IMG/VR virus record: IMGVR_UViG_3300050343_000191
Coordinates: 124,001 to 188,000 of that record
Reading direction: 5' to 3' (one strand)
Length of the DNA: 64,000 bases
The notes under the pieces were generated by a model. It ran no database searches. It saw nothing but the letters and a program-made list of their open reading frames with translations, and was not told the origin of the DNA. Below, in pieces: positions 38,716-48,513 of the stretch (the first letter of the stretch is position 1; each line of letters starts with the position of its first letter). Both the position numbers and the translations under genes were made by a program.

Positions 38716-38738
38716 TACCTTTGTTTGAACTGAAGTAA

Positions 38739-39302
38739 TCATACAGGCAATACTGCCTCACTCCGTGTCTTCTGTGCCAGTTTGCTCTTTGGCACATTCA
38801 ACTCCTCCATTATAATTTGTTTTGGTAGAAAGTCCCAGCAATAGTATGAACTACTAAACGTGATCTTATCATTCGATCTACCATCAGGACTATGAAACTT
38901 CATTCGCTTGTCAAACATCAACAATTGCAGATCCTTGTCCTTGAACAACTGCTTTGGTGCAGAATCATTCAACCAAGTGTTAGTCATAATCAACGCAAAT
39001 GGTTTGTTGAATGACAATGCCCGCTCAAAGAACTTACGCTTGTTTGTAAATGGAGGATTTGATACAATTACATCAAAGTGAACAGGTTCATAGGCAAAGA
39101 AGTCTTTACCCTCATCAATATGAGAGTATTCAACACTATGAGTCTGTGAAATTTGCTTAACAAATTCACTCTCTGCCTTATCAAATGGACACCATACTTT
39201 TGCATCCGTTGGAATATACTTCAGGATGGGAGTAACAGCGTAATCTGGCGTATAGCACTCATCATTGTTACCTGATGAGTACATAAGTTCTTTAGAGTCC
39301 AT
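38739..39302 (-). CDS. Amino (N6-adenine type) DNA methyltransferase
   Basis: DECYTP (motif X), VWCPFD (I), DFF and VSNPPF (IV); likely start MDSKELMYS. Confidence 0.8.
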   Translation of the reverse strand: MDSKELMYSSGNNDECYTPDYAVTPILKYIPTDAKVWCPFDKAESEFVKQISQTHSVEYSHIDEGKDFFAYEPVHFDVIVSNPPFTNKRKFFERALSFNKPFALIMTNTWLNDSAPKQLFKDKDLQLLMFDKRMKFHSPDGRSNDKITFSSSYYCWDFLPKQIIMEELNVPKSKLAQKTRSEAVLPV

Positions 39303-39304
39303 AA

Positions 39305-39805
39305 TTATCCTAGAATACAAGTACCAACGGCATAAATCTCCTTCTTAGATATTGTAACACCAATACGGGGATCTTTGGCATTACCTGATTTCTTTTTAGG
39401 ATATTGTTTCTTTGCTTTTGGAATCAAAATACACAATACATCATCACAATTAAGTTTCCATACTTCTGCAATCTTAGCACCTTCATATCGTGCATAATAG
39501 TGATTCTTATACTTACCAATCTTATCTTCTACTAAGTATCGTTCTTGCTCTTCCCAAGTGTCTTGAACACTGATACCATTATACGTTGCATTGATAGAAT
39601 TTGCAATAGTTGATTTATACTCAGCGCCACCATCTTGATCGAAAGCATCAGCACCACTGTAATCATCAGCGATACGATGCCCTAGAATCCCTGCCATATA
39701 AATTTCACGCGAACGTGCATAACTGAAAGGATCTCCCCACCCTTGTTTTTCACAAAGGCAGTACATATCCTCGTAAAGTGAGCGATACTGTTCTTCAGGT
39801 GTCAT
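39305..39805 (-). CDS. PvuII-like PD-(D/E)XK restriction endonuclease (putative)
   Basis: GADAFDQDGGAEYKS parallels PvuII GNDAVDNAGQEYELKS; IGKYK..YYARYEG..IAEVWKL parallels [25 protein letters not shown]; similar length; adjacent to the MTase. Confidence 0.65.
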   Translation of the reverse strand: MTPEEQYRSLYEDMYCLCEKQGWGDPFSYARSREIYMAGILGHRIADDYSGADAFDQDGGAEYKSTIANSINATYNGISVQDTWEEQERYLVEDKIGKYKNHYYARYEGAKIAEVWKLNCDDVLCILIPKAKKQYPKKKSGNAKDPRIGVTISKKEIYAVGTCILG

Positions 39806-39972
39806 CAGAAAACCTCCGTCCAGGCAAGATGTTGTGCTGTGGTGATTCTACCATCGTCCAGTAGACCATCACAGACTCGGCAAAAAACTTCAAACTTCTC
39901 CATACGGTTTAGTTTGTTGTCAACCCCCATTGCGGTTTCACCCACAACTTTTAGAACTTGCTTTTTGAGCAT
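39805..39972 (-). CDS. 55-aa hypothetical protein, first gene of the R-M unit
   Basis: Hand translation MLKKQVLKVVGETAMGVDNKLNRMEKFEVFCRVCDGLLDDGRITTAQHLAWTEVF; its stop overlaps the endonuclease ATG; dyad at 40032 with TATGAT at 39996-40001. Confidence 0.7.
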   Translation of the reverse strand: MLKKQVLKVVGETAMGVDNKLNRMEKFEVFCRVCDGLLDDGRITTAQHLAWTEVF

Positions 39973-39996
39973 TGGTCTCTTGCGATTACTCCGTAA

Positions 39997-40494
39997 TCAT
40001 ACAGCAGCACAGAGGCGATTGGAGAACCTCTGCGCCACTTTCCCAACTGGCACACCAAAAGTATCACTCATATACCAATCATATAACCTTAATTCTTCTT
40101 CTCTTGCCTCAATTTCGTGTGGTTGATCTTCATAAGACCAATTTTCCACTGGTTCTGTAGAATAACACAATTTTCCCCTCCGAAAATGCAAAGAACCCTC
40201 TACCCATTGCTTCAGATGCGTCAATTCGTGTAAAAGTGTCTTAATATAAACTTCCTTACTCATATCAGTCTGAAGTTCGATCATAAAATGACGAGGGCGA
40301 TAGTTATGACCCACAACATCACAATAACCAACAACTTGTTCACTTTTCAATCCACGATGAATAATATCAACGGAGATTTTGTGGCGTGGGAAAAAGTTAT
40401 TCAGAAACCAAGAGGTAACATCCTCGCAGATGATCTTAGAATAACCGTATCCAGAATGGTAGATGCTAGACATGTGCTCCAGTGTAGAAACCAA
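39997..40494 (-). CDS. HExxH zinc metallopeptidase (SprT/zincin-like)
   Basis: TLLHELTHLKQW plus QPHEIEA (third ligand E). Confidence 0.7.
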   Translation of the reverse strand: MVSTLEHMSSIYHSGYGYSKIICEDVTSWFLNNFFPRHKISVDIIHRGLKSEQVVGYCDVVGHNYRPRHFMIELQTDMSKEVYIKTLLHELTHLKQWVEGSLHFRRGKLCYSTEPVENWSYEDQPHEIEAREEELRLYDWYMSDTFGVPVGKVAQRFSNRLCAAV

Positions 40495-40531
40495 ATGAAC
40501 GATGATACAAATAAAAGTTTTTCTTTAGCAG

Positions 40532-41421
40532 TCATACTACTAATTCAGGTGCATATTGTTCAACTTCCTCAACTAATTCTTCATCATCAAGATCACCCAG
40601 TTCCCTATTCTGTGTGTCAATGAAGAATCTCTTCAAGTCTTCAACGGTCATCTGATTAAGATCCCATTGAATGTATCGTTCTTGGAGTTGATCGCGGTTC
40701 ATAATGTTTCTATGCTGGTGTTACGTTCCATTCATCTGTCGGAACCATTGTGTTGATAACGTGCTCAACATTTTCAATTCCATAAACTACAACTTGTTGA
40801 GTTGAAGAGTAACCATTTTTCTTCTCACGTTTCCATGAGACAACCCATCGATCACAAGATACATTCATACCCAATTCCCCATAAACTCTTCAAGAGTGTA
40901 TCCCTCTCCAGTTGATGTTTCTTCAATCAATTGCTCGATTGTAAGTTCTTCCATCTCTTTACGATATTCTTCTGGTGTTGGATCTTGTGGATCATAATCA
41001 TCATGGCAGAGATAGTCCCACTCTGCCACAAGTGCATCAATCAGTTGCTCTTTAGTGTAATCCATAATCAGCGAACATAAAGATAAGAACCTGCCCAATC
41101 TGCGCGATTGAAGCACTCTTGACGCGATGCAATCTCAAGCAAACGATAGCGCACAATCTTAGCAGGTGCCTTGTAAGATGCTGGTTTGTAAACTTCACCG
41201 GTCTTCTTATCAATGAAAGCGTGGCAGGAACCTTCATGCCAAATTTTATGGTACTTACGACCAGAAGAATCCAATTCAAACTTCATTGATCGTGAAGGGT
41301 AACGCTTCTGAAAATCTTCTATCAGTTTGTCGCACAATGTGAGACAATGCTCAGTGATCTTCAGTTGAATATCGTTGCGTGCCTGTTGTGTGGCAGCGAA
41401 GTCAGCGAAGGTGGTTTCCAT
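40532..41421 (-). other. Run of small early CDSs
   Basis: 40532-40702 (56 aa), a 52-aa ORF near 40710-40868, 40865-41116 and 41068-41421; dyad at 41479. Confidence 0.65.
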
Positions 41422-41489
41422 TGCTTGGTTGCGTATGAACGTATTGTAAGGGCATATAGGGACGTTTTAGCGTCCCTTGTGCCAGTTAT

Positions 41490-41900
41490 TCAACTGTCCG
41501 TGACAGATCCAGCAGGGATTTCAGTCAGTTTTGCGGAGATATCGTGCAAATCGTAGCAGATCCACTCATCAGCACGAGTGAAGATGTAAGCATACTCTTC
41601 ACCATTGTCCAGAAATTCAGTAATGTCATCATCAATTCGTGGTTCATTCTCTCTGATAGATTCTCCACGCGAAGTGTAGTATTGGGGACCAGTTTCAGGC
41701 AGAGTTTCATTCTTCCAACCCACATTAGTATGCAGAGAGGAAATGTTACCACCATCGATCAATTCGTGGACTTTCTCAACAGTAGTATAATGCTCACGAA
41801 GAACACGACCATTGAAGGAAGGATAACCATCCCAGTGACAGTAGACAGACATAATGCTGTCACCTTTGAGTTGGATACCAATGCGAGAGCGAGTGCCCAT
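41490..41900 (-). CDS. Conserved-type phage hypothetical protein (start MGTRSRIG)
   Basis: MGTRSRIGI...SVYCHWDGYP...EEYAYIF; dyad at 42039. Confidence 0.75.
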   Translation of the reverse strand: MGTRSRIGIQLKGDSIMSVYCHWDGYPSFNGRVLREHYTTVEKVHELIDGGNISSLHTNVGWKNETLPETGPQYYTSRGESIRENEPRIDDDITEFLDNGEEYAYIFTRADEWICYDLHDISAKLTEIPAGSVTDS

Positions 41901-42062
41901 TTTAAGAGAGAAAATGAATGGTGGGTAGTGACCAGCGTACCCGATTGGTTTAGTCACTTTAAGTGAGGTCAGTGTTGTGTTAGGTCTCCCCTCCACTCAT
42001 CTAATATCGCATAAAAAAAGCACCCCGTCAAGGATGCTGTGCCACTTATGGGAGTGTCACAT

Positions 42063-42296
42063 TCAATCGTCATAAACCAAGCATTCGGGTTCTGATGGGT
42101 TAGCATCACAATATAGTTCAAGTGCAGTGGGATCGTGATGATCACCTGCTTCAATATCTGCCTTATGATGTTCGGCATAATCTTCTAATTCTTGCAGTTC
42201 TCCTTCAATATGACGACGTTGGTTAGGAGAAATCATTGGATTGTCAAGGATTTCTTTATCCTTTTCTATATGTTGTTCGATGCTATCCATTAGCAT
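42063..42296 (-). CDS. cp12: CP12 Calvin-cycle inhibitor (cyanophage type)
   Basis: C-terminal DPTALELYCDANPSEPECLVYDD with the C-terminal Cys pair; no N-terminal Cys pair; AATAAATA at 42316-42323 upstream. Confidence 0.85.
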   Translation of the reverse strand: MLMDSIEQHIEKDKEILDNPMISPNQRRHIEGELQELEDYAEHHKADIEAGDHHDPTALELYCDANPSEPECLVYDD

Positions 42297-42334
42297 ATTT
42301 GTAAAGCGATGTTACTATTTATTACATTATTGCT

Positions 42335-43333
42335 CTAAGAGGACACATTTTCGTGCGTACTTTTTAATTTATTAACTAAATGTTCGGCAAATGCTTCCAT
42401 TTTTTCTGGATGAATCTGTTGGATTCCTGCATCTTTTATTGCACTATTGATGCTAGAAATCTCACTTTGATCAAGTTTTTTACCTTTTGATGGAAGAGTC
42501 ATAGATAGTTTCCTTTGCTAACCTATTTTAGCATTTCAACACAAATTAGTTAGGAATTTTAGATTTTCTTTAACATTATGTTATAGACTCTAATTACCAT
42601 TAAAAAAGGGTCCGAACCTACCACTGCTACCATCTTCACGATCCTGTAATAGATCCATAATTTCATCAAATTTCTTACACTGCTCCATATCCATTAGAAG
42701 TTGCGAAAGTTGTTTAACAACTAAAGGAGTTTCATTCATAGCAGCAGATTTAATTGCAGCACGAATGTGTGATTCTGCTTCTAAAAGATTATCCAATGTT
42801 TGTTTAGAGAGTGCCATTATCCAATAAGATCAAGGGGAGGAAGTTCTGTATAGTCTGGAATTGCAAATGGATTTTTACGATTTGGATCATTACGGGTGTA
42901 ATCATAATAATGAACAGAATAACCATCTGCTTTTACAACTTTTTTATCTGAAGATACATCTGACCAAAATTGATTCCAATCTTCAGGAGTTGTTTCACGT
43001 TGATTACAACGAGCAACATCAAGTTTACTTAGAAGAGTTTTTGCTTTGAATACCTCCTCTTGATGTTCTAAAATATGATTTTGGATTACCTCTTCAACTT
43101 TTTTATAGAGATCCATTGTCTTCTATTTTAATTGCTTGTTCAATGATAGCAGTAATTTCTTTACTTGTCAATCCATTTAGAAATTTCCAAGTAGGATCAT
43201 TTTTATCCCATTCAAGGGTAAATGTACCATCTTTATTTTGCTCAACTTTGAGAGAATCACTAATTGCTAAGTTAGTATCCATACCGTCAGTCATCGAATA
43301 CCTTGCACATAGGGGAACCGGGGTGATCATCAC
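42335..43333 (-). other. Small hypothetical CDSs
   Basis: 42335-42502 (55 aa), 42590-42817, 42817-43116 and 43103-43333. Confidence 0.65.
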
Positions 43334-43517
43334 AGAACTTATCTAAAACTTTATCCTGATGACGATTCTCTGGATTAGCAATCTTACCTTCTGTAGTAGG
43401 ATCCCACTCATCAGGTGAGTGTGTCTCATTACAGTGCAAATCTACCTTGTACTCATTCCACTTATCATTAGGATCATAAAGTGGATCGGATGGATCTTTT
43501 TGGCGTGGTTGTGACAT
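43287..43517 (-). CDS. Protein with a CP12-like C-terminal motif
   Basis: Ends DKVLDKFCDDHPGSPMCKVFDD (C-x8-C-x-V-F/Y-D-D). Confidence 0.6.
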   Translation of the reverse strand: MSQPRQKDPSDPLYDPNDKWNEYKVDLHCNETHSPDEWDPTTEGKIANPENRHQDKVLDKFCDDHPGSPMCKVFDD

Positions 43518-43520
43518 AGT

Positions 43521-46220
43521 TTAACAGTCCTTATCTTTTTTGAATTGTTTACGGCACCCCTTAAGTACCTTGAGTTCTTCTTTGATAGTTTTGTAGGCAT
43601 CTTCGGCAGATAGTTTTCTTCCCATCTCCAGAGCAATTGTTAATTCTACCCTAGTTCCAAAATGTTTAAGTGCCTCCTCAAAACAATTTAAGTCTTCATA
43701 CATTACTTATAAGTTCAGTTTTCAATTTATGTATTTCATCAAAAGCAAGAATCATATTTTCCTCAAGTTTATTGAGTTTTTCGTCGTGAGACTTCAACCA
43801 ATCAAAATGTAAATCATTATCAAAATTAGGATCATCATAAAGGGTATTGGCATCAACACCATACCTTTCTGCTGCCCAAGAGGGGGGAGTAGATGATTTC
43901 CAAGGATAAAGTATATGCTCTAACTCAGCAATCATCCCCCACAACCAAATATGCAATGTACGAATCATAACTTTCCACTAACAACACCAGAATTTACCAC
44001 ACGAGTATAATTTTGAAGTGTACCATCTTGAAGACATTTGAGATGCCATCTTGACATTTCGATGATACCATTCTCAGTTGCACCAGTAAGAAAGTGTGCT
44101 CCAAGTGGTTCTTTTAGAATAGATGTAAAAAGACCGAATATACTTTTTTTAATATAGAAAGCATCATCAATCCACACAACATCCTCTGGGATATTCTTTT
44201 CAATAGTATTGTTTGGACCCAGTGTTGATGCTAGTGTAGGTTTTTTGACTTCAGTCTCCGAGTTCATAACATCCCCACTTTCCAGACTCTTCATCAAAGA
44301 TTGCTACTGTGTTTGGATATACATCCTCTGGTTTATCAACAAGAGGAACACCATCCTTATTAGTTTCAATCTGATCACGAATAAAACCGAAAGGTCCAAT
44401 TTTACCTTCAGATTCTAATCGTTTCTTCATAACAACAGAACCAAGAGACTCCATAATTTTCAGGATGTCTTCTGCTTTAGCACCTTCACCTAGTTGTTTT
44501 GCAACGTAAAAGTATTTGTCGAAGAATTCTCCGCTATACTTTTCGTAGTCTTCAACCGTTATTGATTTGTCTTTCATGAGGTCTTTTCAGTTTAAGTTCA
44601 GCAAGTTTGTGTGCAGTGTCTAGAGAGGATATACTCAATTTTTTTACTGCGGCAATAAGTTCGGGAGTTTCTTCCCATTCCCATATATCACCTTTAGGTG
44701 ATGTAAATTGTCTGGTTGTCATAATGCCTCCCTAGCATTTTTAAGTGTGGTAAGCAAGTGCATATTGCCTTTCAAGTATCCTAACACAATGATACCCAAT
44801 ATGGCAAGTAGAGTAATACCTAACATTATTATATTAGGTAAGGGTGTCGATAAAGTAACTTCCTTTTCGGAGTTTGTATCTTTGGATGTGTTTTGTTCTG
44901 TGTTCTTCACATTCAAAGTGGCAGATTCTGTTTTCTTTTCCATCAGTGTATTCTAATCTAAAAGGAAAACTTGAAAAAGGATGTCTATCTTTAATAGGAA
45001 GTTCTTTCCTTTTTACCTTTGCTTTGGGTTTTGTTTTAGGTTTTGTTTTAGGTTTAGGAGTTGTAGTGACTTTCTTTTTTGCAGTCATTTGAAACCTTTG
45101 CTCTGCTGCTTTCTATCCAAGACTTCAATGTGTGAAATATATTTTCCACGTCCACGAGTCCACCAAATTTCTTGTGCTAGCATATAGTCATCAACTACAA
45201 TACTTTCACCAGTTTTTGAAACAACTTTGTATTGATGACGACCATAATCTCCATCAGATGTCTCGGTGAAGTATTGAGGGTCTTCAGGTTGGATCAATTC
45301 CATCGGTTGCTTTTCGGTGATTGTATTCTATCACATATTTTTCACAAACGGTGGTGTCATCTGTTACCACATAATGTTTTAAGATGTAGTGTGGATCCAG
45401 TTTTTGCCCTATAGAATGGAGTTGCCACAAAATTTCATTCTTCTCTTTCCCATCCATCTTATGCTTTTTTCTTAGACCTTTTTGATGTCATCATAAAAAT
45501 GGCAAGAACAGATAAAGTAACTGCCGAAAAAGAAATTAATCCAAAAACAGGATCATAAGGATTAGTGCTTACACTTTCCCAAGTTCCTGGCAAAAAATAA
45601 ACTGATGGAGTTGAAAGAAAAATCATTCTGTTATCTCATTTTAACTATCTATTAAATTTTAGACTAATCATTTAGAGATTGTGCTAATTTGTTTACACGA
45701 TTATACTCTTCATATGCTTCATTTGCGCGGGAATGAAGAATATCATAGATGTCTTCACGGATAGTTTCAATATCCACATAATCATCAAAATACTTATCTA
45801 ACGCTTCTTTAAGGTACCTCTTCCGGTGCCATTCAATCGAATAGGGTTTGTAATCCATAATGTGAGGTTCTTATGAACGTATTATACCACTATCTATTGT
45901 TAGGGTCAATACCCAATTCCTTAAGATATTCTGTCCACCAGTCTGGATCTCTCTTACACTTCCAATCAGGAACTGGTAAGTTATGAAGCGAATACCACTC
46001 GTTAATCGCTTCATCGATAGTCTGTGCGATCTGTAAATTCTTCTTCCTCTTTATCAAGGTCTGCATACGGATTGTCCACGTATGGTCCTCGTTTTCGTAA
46101 AGGTTCTTTTCCGACATAAGAGTTTTCTGTGTTGATTGCAGATACCCATACGGCAAGTTTCATTACTATAAAAATTAAAACCAGTGGTGTAAAGCAACCG
46201 ATTAAAATTATTGGATTCAT
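43521..46220 (-). other. Run of small hypothetical CDSs
   Basis: 43521-43703, 43696-43968, 43965-44297, 44251-44577, 44834-45088 (PKPKTKPKTKPK low-complexity N-terminus), 45085-45303, 45664-45858 and 46011-46220, plus several ORFs under 60 aa. Confidence 0.6.
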
Positions 46221-46453
46221 AGTAGATTATTCTCTTGAAAATAGTGTAATGTATCTTTGAGTCCACCAATATGCTTATATCCAATAGAAACTTGTGGATA
46301 CTCCGCACCTTCACCAAACTCAGAAACAAATGCTCTCTGAGTAAAATGGTTATTTAATTTATATTCCTGTATTTGACTATTAAGTTTTTCTAAAAGCATT
46401 CTAGCACGTTCACATTCTTGATTTCCGTTCGTGTATAACACTATTGAGTTCAT
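46217..46453 (-). CDS. Glutaredoxin-like protein with a degenerate active site
   Basis: IVLYT..NQECERARMLL...YPQVSIGYKHIGGLKD; thioredoxin-fold cis-Pro and GG; only the second Cys of CxxC is present. Confidence 0.7.
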   Translation of the reverse strand: MNSIVLYTNGNQECERARMLLEKLNSQIQEYKLNNHFTQRAFVSEFGEGAEYPQVSIGYKHIGGLKDTLHYFQENNLL

Positions 46454-46470
46454 TATTTCTCCTAAGTTGG

Positions 46471-47987
46471 TTACAATGTTCTTTCTAATCTACTTGTTGC
46501 TTGATCGGGAAAGTCTCTAGGACGACTATCTGTTGCGTTATCGGTTCTAGGTGAACCTTCATTTGCCTTCATTGTATGCTGATAGTTAGGTCGTGGATAT
46601 CTAATGCAAAATGGATCAGGCATCCAATATGTTACTTGCCATTCTTGATCAGGACATAACTCAAGATGTTTTTCTACAGTGTGAGAGAAACTACCCAATT
46701 GTATGTATCCATCATGACTAATACATCTACCATTACCAACATCAACCAAGAACATCATCTTACTACTCATAGTATTTTTTGTTCTGGGTTGAGGTTCTTT
46801 ACAAATTGCACGGGATCTTTTTCTGATTTATGAACCCAATGATACCGAATACATTCAAACTCAGGATCCCAAGTCTGAACGCAGATATAATCAGTCACGT
46901 TGCCTCCAATCATCAGGTTTATCCTGCTGGAACCAATCTTTGATGTCATCAGCACTATTGAACCCCGTTTTGTGATTGGATGGATCGGGGTCTCCTAAAC
47001 CCATCCTATTCAGAAAATCGTCGGTACTGCCTTCTTCAATTTCTTGAGAAGATTGTCGTCGTGCTTTTTGTAACCAATCACGAGCAGTAGTGTGACTTTT
47101 TGCCAACTTCTCTGCCCAGATCATATCGTCTAATTTTACCTCTTCGCCATTTGCAATACATTTACAAATAAACTCCAGTCTCAGACGGTATTGAGTAGAT
47201 AACATAAAGTTACGCTTCGTTACTTTTATTTATTTTCTTCCATCAATCTCTTCGACAAACTAAGAGAGCGACGGTATATCATATATTTTACCACAGGATT
47301 TCTAGGATTGTTAGTCAACCACCAGATTTGGCGTCTTATGTAAGTATTTGCTAACTTAAATCCATAATAAAAAATGGCAGCAGCACCTTCATCTGTAAGG
47401 ATAAAGTATGCTACTACCACAAATAGTATGAATAATAGAGTCACTTAGACTCCTCATATCTTCTTTTTTCAAGATATTCAATCATCTCTTGCCTCCACTC
47501 CATCAGTTCATAAAAACACTCTTGATTGTGAGCACAACCGCGAAGACGACTATCAGGTTTGATTACACTTTCAAGCATTAAACCAAGTGCATCACGTCTT
47601 TTTTGTTCTTTGGCGCAACTCATTGTTTTCTTTTTCGTTTAGTGGTTTTTAATTGGTTTTTGATGAAGTCTACTGATTGTTTGTAGGTGCTCAGGATTTT
47701 AATTTGTTTACAGTTATGTATGATGACAAATTTTTTCCCAATAGGAATTGCTGCCCACATACCATCGTTAGTACAATAACCCAGAGGATTGCCAGGTTTA
47801 GGATTAAGAATCCCAGGACGTTCGATATGTGGTTTAAGAAATCCCATTAGAAAGTAGCAGTGACACCCATAACTGTTGCATTAGGATTGCGTGCAAGTGC
47901 TACCTCGCGTGCTTCCTTGTAATCGCGTGCCTCAACCATTTCGTTGAAGACTTTACCAGCGACGTAGAGTTGAACTTTGCAGCGCAT
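46471..47987 (-). other. Run of small hypothetical CDSs
   Basis: 46471-46770, 46891-47205, 47226-47444, 47441-47623, 47620-47847 and 47847-47987 (46 aa). Confidence 0.65.
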
Positions 47988-48021
47988 AATCAGTTTGTTT
48001 CGACGTTCTTAGTATAGCACA

Positions 48022-48513
48022 TCAGATCGATCTGATGAAGGACAGATCAAAATCTTCAGATTCTCTAAAGTAATCACGTACTTGCTCACGCTCCTCTAAG
48101 CAGTTATAACCAGTGAGAAAGAAGTCAGAAATTTCAGGGTCTGCAATCGCATTTACACAAGCACCGTTGTCTTTGATGTTCTTTAATTTTGACTTAGGAA
48201 TACAACATCCCTTCCCCTTCTTTACATCAGTTATGATAAAATAATCGGCAAGTTTGTCCACATAATTTCCTGCCTGACGACGATTCTTAAGAATCAATCC
48301 TCTCACCGCCATCTGCGATTTGTTCTTAAATTGAGTTACTTTTGATTCATAAGTTGTTCCATTGGGACCAATCAAATCAATGCCAGGAAGATTTACTCTA
48401 GTGAGAAGACCATTACTATACTCAGCAAGTGCTTTCTCTACAAGTTCTCCTGCTTTGGGGTACCTTAGATTGTTGTCAGTGTAATCGTGAATCGTTTCTA
48501 AAAGTTTAGTCAT
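48022..48513 (-). CDS. PD-(D/E)XK nuclease-like protein
   Basis: GELVEKAL...PGIDLIGPNGTTYESKV (E...D...ExK); ADYFIITD; start overlaps the helicase stop. Confidence 0.55.
   Translation of the reverse strand: MTKLLETIHDYTDNNLRYPKAGELVEKALAEYSNGLLTRVNLPGIDLIGPNGTTYESKVTQFKNKSQMAVRGLILKNRRQAGNYVDKLADYFIITDVKKGKGCCIPKSKLKNIKDNGACVNAIADPEISDFFLTGYNCLEEREQVRDYFRESEDFDLSFIRSI

Noticed and set aside
30810-42060. Dyad repeats read as a CRISPR array
   Set aside because: The copies are degenerate, irregularly spaced hundreds of bp apart, separated by genes and tied to -10 boxes. No cas genes are present.
44719-44943. 74-aa ORF MEKKTESATL... as annotated in the track
   Set aside because: Its first half overlaps the 44834-45088 gene. 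Only the hydrophobic C-terminal part (about 35 aa) is a plausible separate gene.
45030-45075. ttaggttttg tandem repeat as a DNA element
   Set aside because: It simply encodes the PKPKTKPKTKPK low-complexity tail of ORF 44834-45088
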